From positions 332,261 to 396,260 of the forward strand of contig CAVRYY010000002.1 in the NCBI GenBank assembly GCA_963725655.1: a DNA stretch of 64,000 nucleotides, read 5' to 3'. Origin of the DNA: an uncultured Acidobacteriota bacterium (GTDB taxonomy: Bacteria; Acidobacteriota; Terriglobia; Acidiferrales; UBA7541). Below, piece by piece: positions 1 to 7,292 of the stretch; positions within the stretch are counted from its first letter, which is position 1; the number at the start of each line of letters is the position of its first letter. Made by a program: the position numbers and the translations under genes. A model generated the notes under the pieces. The model saw only the letters and a program-made list of their open reading frames with translations, did not search any database and had not been told where the DNA came from.

Positions 1-1
1 G

Positions 2-424
2 GGTTCCACGGTCACGGCGTATTCTTACCGCCCAGCGGATGGAGCAATGGCTCCGATTCAGACAATTTCCACGCTTCCGAGTAAGTTTGTGGGCGAGAGC
101 ACCGCCGCCGAAGTGGTGCTGCATCCTTCCGGCAAGTTTCTTTACGGCTCGAATCGCGGCGACGACAGCGTCGTTGTTTTCGGCGTCGATGCCAAGAACG
201 GGACGCTTCATCTGATCGAACGCGTTCCGACCGAAGGAAAGACGCCGCGCAATTTTGCGCTCGATCCTTCGGGCGCCTGGCTGATCGCCGCAAATCAGGA
301 TTCCAACAACGTGCTGGTGTTTCGCATCAATAGGGAATCGGGCCGTTTGACTCCCACCGGCCAATCGATAGAGGTTAATTCTCCGGCGATGCTGGATTTT
401 GTACCTCTGGGTGGCGGAAAATAG
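2..424 (+). CDS. lactonase-family beta-propeller protein (6-phosphogluconolactonase-like), C-terminal part; 5' end outside window
   Basis: Frame is open from nt 2. Blade-like repeats [20 protein letters not shown] and [23 protein letters not shown] are typical of the Pgl/carboxymuconate-cyclase-like lactonase family. Confidence 0.7.
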   Translation, partial: GSTVTAYSYRPADGAMAPIQTISTLPSKFVGESTAAEVVLHPSGKFLYGSNRGDDSVVVFGVDAKNGTLHLIERVPTEGKTPRNFALDPSGAWLIAANQDSNNVLVFRINRESGRLTPTGQSIEVNSPAMLDFVPLGGGK

Positions 425-465
425 GCTGCGTTGATAGCGACGCCCGCGGAGATCGCCCCTCGATC

Positions 466-1656
466 ATGAAAGAAACTTGGCGCTGGTTTGGACCACCCGA
501 TCCAATTTCGTTGTCGCAGGTGAAACAGACCGGCGCGACCGGAATCGTCACCGCGCTTCACGAAATCTATCGCGGCGAAGCGTGGCCTCTCGCGGAAGTG
601 CTGAAGCGCAAGGCGGAGATTGAAGCCGCGAGCCTGGTCTGGTCGGTGGTCGAAAGCATTCCTATCCACAATTCCATCAAGCTGCGTTCGGGGAATTTCC
701 ACAAATTCATTGACGCCTGGAAAGATTCGCTGGCCGCGGTGGCCCAAGCGGGAGTGAAGGTGGTTTGCTACAACTTCATGCCCGTGGTGGACTGGACCCG
801 AACCGATTTGAAATGGTGTTTGCCCTCCACCGGATACGCGTTGCGCTTCGATGCTGTCGACTTTGCTGCGTATGACGTTTTTCTCCTCCAGCGAAAGAAC
901 GCGGAGATTGAGTATCACCCCGATCAGATTACGACGGCGCGTGCGCGCTTCGATGCGATGCCGGAATCTCGCCGGATCGATCTCGAGCAGACGATAATCG
1001 CGGGCTTGCCCGGCGCGGAAGCTTCGTATGACCGCGAGGCGCTTCGCAGGCAACTGTCCGAATACCACGGAGTTACTCCCGCCGACCTTCGCGCCAATCT
1101 GCTCGCTTTTCTTCGCGAAGTGGTTCCGATTGCCGAGGAGTCCGGGGTTCGCCTGGGGATTCATCCTGACGATCCGCCGTGGTCGCTATTCGGCCTGCCT
1201 CGCGTGGTTTCCACTGCGGAAGATGTGCGCCAAATCTTGCATGGCGTCGACGCCGCTGCGAATGGCTTGACGTTCTGCGTGGGCTCGTTCGGCGCGCGGG
1301 CGGATAACGATCTGCTGGCGATGCTCCGCGAATTCGCGCCGCGCATTCACTTTGCGCACCTGCGGCAAGTGGCGCGGGAAGCGGACGGATCATTTCATGA
1401 AGCTGAACACTTGAACGGTAGTTCCGACATGATTGGCGCAGTCCGCGCGTTGTTGGCAGAAGAAGGTCGCCGCCGCAGCGAGGGCTGGGCCGATCACGAA
1501 ATCCCGATGCGCCCGGACCACGGCCACTTGCTGGCCGACGATATCCACAAGAAGGTGAATCCAGGTTACTCGCTGGTGGGCAGGCTGAAGGGGCTCGCCG
1601 AACTGCGCGGCGTTGTGCAAGGTTTGGGGTACGCTACGCCAGCGTTGTCGGACTGA
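466..1656 (+). CDS. uxuA: mannonate dehydratase
   Basis: 396 aa. N-terminus [32 protein letters not shown] matches the conserved UxuA start; length is typical. Confidence 0.9.
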   Translation: MKETWRWFGPPDPISLSQVKQTGATGIVTALHEIYRGEAWPLAEVLKRKAEIEAASLVWSVVESIPIHNSIKLRSGNFHKFIDAWKDSLAAVAQAGVKVVCYNFMPVVDWTRTDLKWCLPSTGYALRFDAVDFAAYDVFLLQRKNAEIEYHPDQITTARARFDAMPESRRIDLEQTIIAGLPGAEASYDREALRRQLSEYHGVTPADLRANLLAFLREVVPIAEESGVRLGIHPDDPPWSLFGLPRVVSTAEDVRQILHGVDAAANGLTFCVGSFGARADNDLLAMLREFAPRIHFAHLRQVAREADGSFHEAEHLNGSSDMIGAVRALLAEEGRRRSEGWADHEIPMRPDHGHLLADDIHKKVNPGYSLVGRLKGLAELRGVVQGLGYATPALSD

Positions 1657-1715
1657 ACTTCACGCGGCAATACCGATAGCGATCGAGTGCCGCATGCGAT
1701 CCGAGGGAAACTCCT

Positions 1716-2498
1716 ATGAAGGAATTTGAAAGTAAGGTGGCCATCGTTACCGGTACCACCGGGATTGGCCGGGCTATCGCCAAGAGGCTGGCATCGGACG
1801 GCGCGAGTGTTGTGGCCTGTGGCATCGACGCCGCCGCGAATCGCGAACTGCAACAGCAAGCTGACGCTAGCGGCCTGTCGCTTCGCGTCGAACTGTGCGA
1901 CGTTAGCCGACCCGAACAGGTGGAAGCGGTGGTTGGTAGCGTCGGCGGACAATCTGGCGGGCTCGATATCATCGTAAATTCCGCCGCTTTCCATCCCTTC
2001 GGGAATGCGGTGGAAACCGATCCCGAAACCTGGAACCGTTGCATGGCTGTGAATCTTGGCAGCTCGTATCTGCTGGCGCATTTCGGCATCCCGGAAATGA
2101 GGAAACGCGGTGGCGGATCGATCATGATTGTCGCGTCGGTACAAGGGCACGCTTGCCAGCGCGGGGTTGCGGCCTACGCGGCATCGAAGGGCGGTCTGCT
2201 CAGCTTGACGCGCGCGCTGGCGCTGGATCACGCGGCCGATGGCATTCGCGTAAATTCCATCAGCCCGGGATCCATTCGCACGCCCATGCTGGAACTCTCG
2301 GCGGCGCATTTCTCGCCCGGCCAAGACGTCGATCAGGTGGTCGAGAGGTTCGGTGCGGCGCATCCGCTTGGCCGGGTTGGCACGGTGGAAGAAGTTGCTG
2401 AGCTTGCGGCGTTTCTACTGTCCGATCGCTCCGCATTCTGTACCGGCGCGGACTATCTGGTCGATGGCGGATTGCTGGCGGGGATTGGAGTGCAATGA
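1716..2498 (+). CDS. SDR-family oxidoreductase
   Basis: 260 aa. Rossmann motif TGTTGIGRAIA, NSAA, and catalytic Y-x3-K (YAASKGG). Confidence 0.85.
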   Translation: MKEFESKVAIVTGTTGIGRAIAKRLASDGASVVACGIDAAANRELQQQADASGLSLRVELCDVSRPEQVEAVVGSVGGQSGGLDIIVNSAAFHPFGNAVETDPETWNRCMAVNLGSSYLLAHFGIPEMRKRGGGSIMIVASVQGHACQRGVAAYAASKGGLLSLTRALALDHAADGIRVNSISPGSIRTPMLELSAAHFSPGQDVDQVVERFGAAHPLGRVGTVEEVAELAAFLLSDRSAFCTGADYLVDGGLLAGIGVQ

Positions 2499-2556
2499 CC
2501 GCGAAGGTCAATTGGCGCCGGAGCCGCAGGGGATTGAGGCGGCGTCGAGTTTGAGT

Positions 2557-2605
2557 TGGTCGGGGCGTCCGGATTTGAACCGGAGGCCTCCTGCGCCCAA
2601 GGCAG
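2557..2605 (-). repeat. partial tRNA-Pro copy (3' 49 nt including CCA); distal att repeat of the islet
   Basis: tggtcggggcgtccggatttgaaccggaggcctcctgcgcccaaggcag matches 6376-6425 except for T-stem positions and one indel. No 5' tRNA half follows. Confidence 0.85.
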
Positions 2606-2665
2606 TTGCAAAAAATCTATCTTGTTGGTCCGTCTAGCTTTGTTCTACGTCATGCTACACGGTTT

Positions 2666-2706
2666 TGGACCTAATTTGGCAGTTGTTGGACCCAAATTGG
2701 ACCCAA
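2666..2706 (+). promoter_or_regulatory. cluster of three direct TGGACCYAA repeats (putative integrase arm-type sites)
   Basis: tggacctaa 2666-2674, tggacccaa 2687-2695, tggacccaa 2698-2706. Two more copies in the same orientation lie at 6300-6308 and 6310-6318, near the other islet end. Confidence 0.45.
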
Positions 2707-2795
2707 GTTTTTCTTTGCAATCAGGCAGACGGCACGCAGCCGCAGAGTACGCCTTTTGAAGTTCGTTGATTTTGGCGCTTGCAAACGGAAGTGAC

Positions 2796-3278
2796 TCAAT
2801 TCGCTTGCACAACGAATTCATGTCCGCCAGAGCAGTCTGGGCTTACGGGAGAGATGTCGATCTTGACAGATTCTTTTGGATTTGGCGGTTCTCTCACTTC
2901 GACTTCAAACCAGTCCGACAGTGAACTTTTTTCGTCTTCAATCCTGAGGTAGTAATGACTCGGCCTAAGAGTCCCGAAATCAAATCTTCCATCAGCACCC
3001 GAGAGAACGGTCTTGACGGGCGCAAGACTCCCCACATCGCACGGCCAACAATAGACGTACAGCGTCAGTTTCGCGTGCGGGCGCGCGATGGATCGCCGAA
3101 ACCATCGGAAAGAGTGTAGGACCGGAAAGTCGCTTCCAACCACCGTTCCCCTCAAATTTGAGACCTGATGGAAATAGCCGACGGCCCAGCTGCACGCCGG
3201 CGCTTTTGAAATTCCCAAAGTCAACAGGAAGACTATGGTCGCGGTTATGCTTGTTATTCGTTGTCTCATTTCGTCCAT
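2796..3278 (-). CDS. small secreted protein with carboxypeptidase-regulatory-like (CarboxypepD_reg) fold
   Basis: N-terminal hydrophobic signal (ITSITATIVFLLTLGISKAPA). LRGTVVG ... GADGRFDFGTLRPSHYYLRIE resembles the CarboxypepD_reg beta-sandwich. Start may be ATG 3269. Confidence 0.6.
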   Translation of the reverse strand: MDEMRQRITSITATIVFLLTLGISKAPACSWAVGYFHQVSNLRGTVVGSDFPVLHSFRWFRRSIARPHAKLTLYVYCWPCDVGSLAPVKTVLSGADGRFDFGTLRPSHYYLRIEDEKSSLSDWFEVEVREPPNPKESVKIDISPVSPDCSGGHEFVVQAN

Positions 3279-3344
3279 CCTCGTCGAGAACGACTTCTGT
3301 AACCATCTCGTCTACTTTGAACGATGGAGCGCGATTTCCTTGCA

Positions 3345-3668
3345 CTAGGCTCGCCTGGCCTTCGCATCGGCCACGCGGATGATTACACGCTTGCCAAGCG
3401 CTCTTGCTGCCCGAGTGATCGTATCGAGCGTCACCGACACGTTGCTAGGGTCAAGCAGGCGATCCAGTTGTGACCGACTGGTGTGAAGCTGCTTTGCCAT
3501 CGCTTGTTTAGTTTTTTGCTGTTCTTGCATAGCCTGTTCGAGTTGCCATGCCAGCACCCGCTTGATTGCGACCGCCTCGACTTCCTCTCGGATTCCTTCC
3601 TCTTCGAGGAAGCTATCGAGGGTTGACCCACTGTGGTCCATTTTCTTGCGATTTTTCTTCACATTCAT
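3345..3668 (-). CDS. XRE-family HTH antitoxin (HigA-like)
   Basis: 107 aa. HTH segment KTKQAMAKQLHTSRSQLDRLLDPSNVSVTLDTITRAARALG. Its start overlaps the stop of the upstream toxin gene by 4 nt (ATGA). Confidence 0.75.
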   Translation of the reverse strand: MNVKKNRKKMDHSGSTLDSFLEEEGIREEVEAVAIKRVLAWQLEQAMQEQQKTKQAMAKQLHTSRSQLDRLLDPSNVSVTLDTITRAARALGKRVIIRVADAKARRA

Positions 3669-4105
3669 GGCAGTCCCCTTTGATGCTTATTCTTGTTGCG
3701 GCGCGCCAGGTTCAAATCCTCGTCCGGCGTCTTCTGCGTCTTCTTGATGAATCCGTGCAGCAACACCATCCGGCCCTGCTTGTCGATGTAGAAAAGCATC
3801 CGTGCTATTCGGTTCTGGGCCAATGTCGTCCGTACTTCATAAATGCCGTCGCCCAACGGTTTGCAAACAGGCATCCCGATGGGCCAACCGAATTCCACGG
3901 TCTTGACATCCTCCCCGATCCGTTTCCGGTCCTCGGGTGACAGCCCTCTCAGCCACTCCCGCACCGGCTCTCCGCCTGCCTCCGTGCAATAGAAGATCGC
4001 CGGAACCCTCTTGCCCTGTCGTTCAAGCGCCTCAGGCTTGGTACCTACGCCTGCCGGGGATTTGGGTTTCTTGCCCACTGAAGCAGTGTACCATATGCGG
4101 TACAT
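3665..4105 (-). CDS. Gp49-like / RelE-HigB superfamily toxin
   Basis: IFYCTEAGGEPVREWL ... KPLGDGIYEVR ... IARMLFYIDKQGRMVLLHGFIKKTQKTPDEDLNLARRN is the PF05973-type pattern. The N-terminus is uncertain (ATG 4105 or GTG 4078), with no clear SD. Confidence 0.7.
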   Translation of the reverse strand: MYRIWYTASVGKKPKSPAGVGTKPEALERQGKRVPAIFYCTEAGGEPVREWLRGLSPEDRKRIGEDVKTVEFGWPIGMPVCKPLGDGIYEVRTTLAQNRIARMLFYIDKQGRMVLLHGFIKKTQKTPDEDLNLARRNKNKHQRGLP

Positions 4106-4593
4106 ATAAGGAAACTGTTCTTGAGTATGTGGTGCGGAAGGCCTACAGGTCGTCCCTTGAAAACCAAGGAAAAGTGAATTTTGTCGCTCACATTTTCGGT
4201 TTTTTCTGCCTCTCTATAAATAGGGGGACACTCTCGCCGATTTCTTTGATTTTCTCGGTGAGGTTTGGCCGGATTTTTCCCCTCTATATAGTAGGAGAGC
4301 TTGTCGATGCGTTGCAGATAGTGGATGTCAGTCAAGAGTGCGGATTTTTCGCTGCAAATGCGGCCAAGATCGGCCGCGGAAATGAAGCTTGAATCTACTC
4401 CGATTTTTCCATTCAGAAATGCGTGCAGTTCGCGGCCCATTTTTAGCATGAGGTTCAGGCACATTTTCTCTGGCTTTCTCAGCTTCTTCTGTGGCCGCGT
4501 TTCGTGGCCCAATTCCGACAGCAGAAATGGACGTGTTTTGCGACCTCGCGGCAGGCAAGCGAAATCATCGCGCCAGAAGCACCCCATTCTCAT
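4045..4593 (-). CDS. hypothetical protein (doubtful ORF in AT-rich islet cargo)
   Basis: It is the only long ORF in the AT-richer 4100-4600 segment, and its central part (ELHAFLNGKIGVDSSFISAADLGRICSEKSALLTDIHYLQRIDKL) looks protein-like. However, its 3' end overlaps the toxin gene and the likely TA promoter. Confidence 0.2.
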   Translation of the reverse strand: MRMGCFWRDDFACLPRGRKTRPFLLSELGHETRPQKKLRKPEKMCLNLMLKMGRELHAFLNGKIGVDSSFISAADLGRICSEKSALLTDIHYLQRIDKLSYYIEGKNPAKPHRENQRNRRECPPIYREAEKTENVSDKIHFSLVFKGRPVGLPHHILKNSFLICTAYGTLLQWARNPNPRQA

Positions 4594-4759
4594 GCAGTTT
4601 TCTAATATCGCCGGATTCTACTCTGAGGGTGAACGGTGCATGAAAGACACAGATCACCCGGTCGTTCACTCTTGGTTCACCATGATTTTCAGAAGAGTCC
4701 AAAGCAGAAGAAGTTGCGCATGGCATGACGATCAATTTGGGCGCGGACAAAACACCGGA

Positions 4760-4850
4760 TTGGGCTGGAGCGACCCCACTTTTGTGCACGTTTCCGTGCC
4801 CAAAGTAATTCGTGGGGTCGCTCCAGCCCAACTGCGCGGTGACCGCGCAG
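4760..4850 (+). promoter_or_regulatory. 20-bp perfect inverted repeat plus 19-nt palindrome upstream of xis/int
   Basis: ttgggctggagcgaccccac (4760-4779) and its exact reverse complement (4812-4831) are separated by 32 nt. This is followed by ctgcgcggtgaccgcgcag (4832-4850). Confidence 0.5.
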
Positions 4851-5105
4851 AGTGTTTTGTCCGCGCAGCATTTCGCAGCAGGGGGCCACAGTGATGAACA
4901 ACGGAGACGAAAACACACCGAACTTCTGACGGTTCAGGAGACTGCCAAACTCTTGAAGGTGCCAGTTTCTTGGGTTTACGGACACACGCGAAAGCGTTCG
5001 ATTGATCCCTTGCCTGGGTATCGGCTCGGCAAGTATTGGCGTTTCCGAGAGGACGAAGTGCTTGCTTGGGTAGCGCGCCAGCGAACGGGCCGCCAGGCCG
5101 CTTGA
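4812..5105 (+). CDS. excisionase-like HTH DNA-binding protein (start uncertain, possibly frameshifted)
   Basis: LLTVQETAKLLKVPVSWVYGHTRK ... YRLGKYWRFREDEVLAWV is the HTH_17/AlpA-Xis pattern. The ORF-track start (GTG 4812) lies inside the inverted repeat. An out-of-frame ATG at 4894 has a better SD. Confidence 0.55.
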   Translation: MGSLQPNCAVTAQSVLSAQHFAAGGHSDEQRRRKHTELLTVQETAKLLKVPVSWVYGHTRKRSIDPLPGYRLGKYWRFREDEVLAWVARQRTGRQAA

Positions 5106-5178
5106 CATGCGGACTACACTGAAAAGCGACGAAGAACAAGCTGGGCGGGCCATCGAGATCCCAAGGAAGGGAGAAACG

Positions 5179-6360
5179 ATGGCTCGAAGAGGTTTCCAGC
5201 AAGGATCGCTTTTCCAGCGCGGCACTCGGAGGAAGCTTTGGGTGGCACGCTGGTGGGAGGATGTAATTCAAGCAGACGGCACGCTCGGCAGACTGAGGCG
5301 GTCCGAAGTGATCGGGACCGTCGCCGAATTTCCGACGCGCCGCCTGGCGATGCAAGTGTTGTCTCAGAGGCTAGGGTCCATCAATAGCGGCAAGGCAAGA
5401 CCGCAGTCCGTCCGTACATTTGGCGATTTCGTCAAGGACGATTGGACGCCCGTGGTTTTGCCAACACTCAAGTACGCAACCCAGAAGCACTATCGGTACA
5501 TGCTCGACGTGCATCTCAATCCAGCTTTCGGCCAGAGGCAGCTTCGTGAACTCACGCGAGAAGAGCTGCAAAGCTTCCTCAGCCGAAAACTCAGCAACGG
5601 GTTGTCGTGGGAAACCGTTCACCACTTCAAGTGTGGTATGAGCAAGATTCTCGGAGCAGCCGAGGAATGGGGCTACATAGCCGAGAACGTAGCTCAGAAG
5701 ACGAAACTCCCGCGACGGCAGCATGGAACGGAGCGAGTAGTCCTCACTCCGGTCCAGGTGCGAGACATAGCTGCGGCGCTAATGAACCCGCACGCTCGGT
5801 CACGTTGCTACTGGTGCTGACGGGATTGCGTGTAGGGGAGTTGCTTGCGCTTCGCTGGGGGAGTATTGATTTGAAGGCTCGTTTGCTCCGTGTTAGTCGA
5901 GACGGTGTATGACGGGCACTTCGATCAACCCAAGACGAAGCGCAGTGCGCGAACCATCCCGATTGGGACGGAGACGGCAGAACTTTTCGTCGGCATTCGT
6001 CCCGCTGCTGTTGATGCAAAGGCGCTGGTATTCGCCACACGCGAGGGATTGCCGCTGGACCGCTGGAATCTCTTGCGCAAGCACCTGAAGCCCGCCGCGA
6101 AGAAGCTAGGGCTTCCTGGTGTCACGTGGCACCTTCTGAGGCATAGCCACGCAACGATGCTCGACTCTGTTGGCACGCCGATAGGAACGATGCAATCGCT
6201 TCTAGGGCATTCCACACCGGAGATCACGCGCGAGATTTATTTGCACGCGATACCGGAAGAGCAGCGTCGCGCGGTGGAAAGCGTCGAGAGGCTCGTATTT
6301 GGACCCAAATGGACCCAAGTTCAGGCTCCGACGCAGACCACGTCAGGCAGAGTAAATTGA
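5179..6360 (+). pseudogene. tyrosine recombinase/integrase interrupted by two frameshifts
   Basis: Homology runs in frame 1 (5179-~5780), frame 3 (~5781-5895, TGLRVGELLALRW Arg box), then frame 1 again (5890-6360: KTKRSARTIPI, HLLRHSHATML, LLGHS, REIYLH). SD aagggag precedes ATG 5179. Confidence 0.75.
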
Positions 6361-6375
6361 AAACAAAGAAGTAAA

Positions 6376-6453
6376 TGGTCGGGGCGTCGCGGATTTGAAC
6401 CGCGGGCCTCCTGCGCCCAAGGCAGGCGCGCTACCAGGCTGCGCTACGCCCCG
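6376..6453 (-). tRNA. tRNA-Pro (anticodon UGG), CCA encoded
   Basis: The reverse complement folds as CGGGGCG-TA-GCGC-AGCCTGGTA-GCGC-G-CCTGC-CTTGGGC-GCAGG-AGGCC-CGCGG-TTCAAAT-CCGCG-A-CGCCCCG-A-CCA. It is 78 nt, with one extra A between the T stem and the acceptor stem. Confidence 0.85.
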
Positions 6454-6613
6454 ACATTTACCGCCGAATGATTCTACTGCACTTTCGGATTTTCCATCCA
6501 CCGGTCTCGCGCCTACGGTGCACGAATTGCGCAAAGCAGCCGAGAATTGGAGTCACCGCGCGCCCTGATTCGTGCTCCAACCAGGTGAGCTGCTAGAAGG
6601 CCCGGTGGAAGGA

Positions 6614-7099
6614 CTAACTCGCTTGTTTGCGATGGTACCGAATCGCGGCGGGGCTCTTTCGCGCCTGGGAAATCTTAATGCGTTCGAGGCAACCGCGGAG
6701 CACGCTGCGGAAGCGCTCTTTTTCGCGCGACGAGAGTGCGGCGAACATTTCGGCCTCAATCACCCGGGCCTGCGCGGCGGCCTTGCGCAACACTTTCAAG
6801 CCGCGCGGGGTGAGTACCAGGCGGTTAACGCGCGCGTTGGTGGCGTGCGGCTTGCGGACGAGATACCCGCCCTCAGCGAGCTTCGAAACGGTCAAGCTCA
6901 TGTTTTGCGGAGTGACCGAGGTGATGCGGGCCAGGTCGGCGGTGGAAAGCGAAGCGTTCCGCTCGAGTTCGGCGAGGGCAGCGAGCTGCAGCAAAGTGAG
7001 ATTCATCTCCGCGAGGGAGAGGGCCATTTCGTGTTCAATGGCGTGGGCCACCTGGGACATCTGGCAGCTCAGAAATCCTTCATGGTCGCAGAGACTCAC
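6614..7099 (-). CDS. MarR-family transcriptional regulator
   Basis: Winged-helix segment LSTADLARITSVTPQNMSLTVSKLAEGGYLVRKPHATNARVNRLVLTPRG. Divergent from the efflux operon. Start is GTG 7099 or ATG 7060. Confidence 0.85.
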   Translation of the reverse strand: MSLCDHEGFLSCQMSQVAHAIEHEMALSLAEMNLTLLQLAALAELERNASLSTADLARITSVTPQNMSLTVSKLAEGGYLVRKPHATNARVNRLVLTPRGLKVLRKAAAQARVIEAEMFAALSSREKERFRSVLRGCLERIKISQARKSPAAIRYHRKQAS

Positions 7100-7113
7100 G
7101 CTGTGAATGATAA

Positions 7114-7162
7114 CAAGTACTTGCTATGATCGCAAGTGGCTGCTAACATCGCAAGCGCTTGC
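7114..7162. promoter_or_regulatory. palindromic CTTGC/GCAAG operator-like sites in the marR-efflux divergent region
   Basis: caagtacttg (7114-7123), cttgctatgatcgcaag (7120-7136), gcaagcgcttgc (7151-7162). Confidence 0.4.
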
Positions 7163-7292
7163 TATCCGCAGGTTGTTCCTCTCGAACTGACGGCCGCTAT
7201 TGTCTCCAGTTTAGATGAGTCGCATCTCCGGCTGGCGCATCCAAAGTTGAACACGGCGTTCATCCGTTGCGGCGCTGGCGTCGATATTCGAT

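Larger units (their letters stand above)
2557..6425. mobile_element. decayed integrative islet in tRNA-Pro (integrase, xis-like HTH, toxin-antitoxin, small cargo)
   Basis: Direct repeats of the tRNA 3' half lie at both ends. A tyrosine integrase gene abuts the intact tRNA. There is an AT-richer cargo segment and core genes on both flanks. Confidence 0.8.

Noticed and set aside
295-1164. 289-aa minus-strand ORF overlapping uxuA
   Set aside because: It lies antisense to a clearly recognisable mannonate dehydratase. Its composition is Arg/Gly/Ala-rich junk, typical of shadow ORFs in GC-rich DNA.
4325-4894. 189-aa plus-strand ORF in the islet
   Set aside because: It crosses the AT-rich segment and the large inverted repeat. 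The peptide is Arg/Ser/Phe-rich with no pattern, and it conflicts with the better-supported regulatory elements.
5607-5912. 101-aa ORF between the two integrase ORFs as a separate gene
   Set aside because: Its C-terminal part is the Arg-box segment of the integrase read in the shifted frame, so it is part of the same broken gene.
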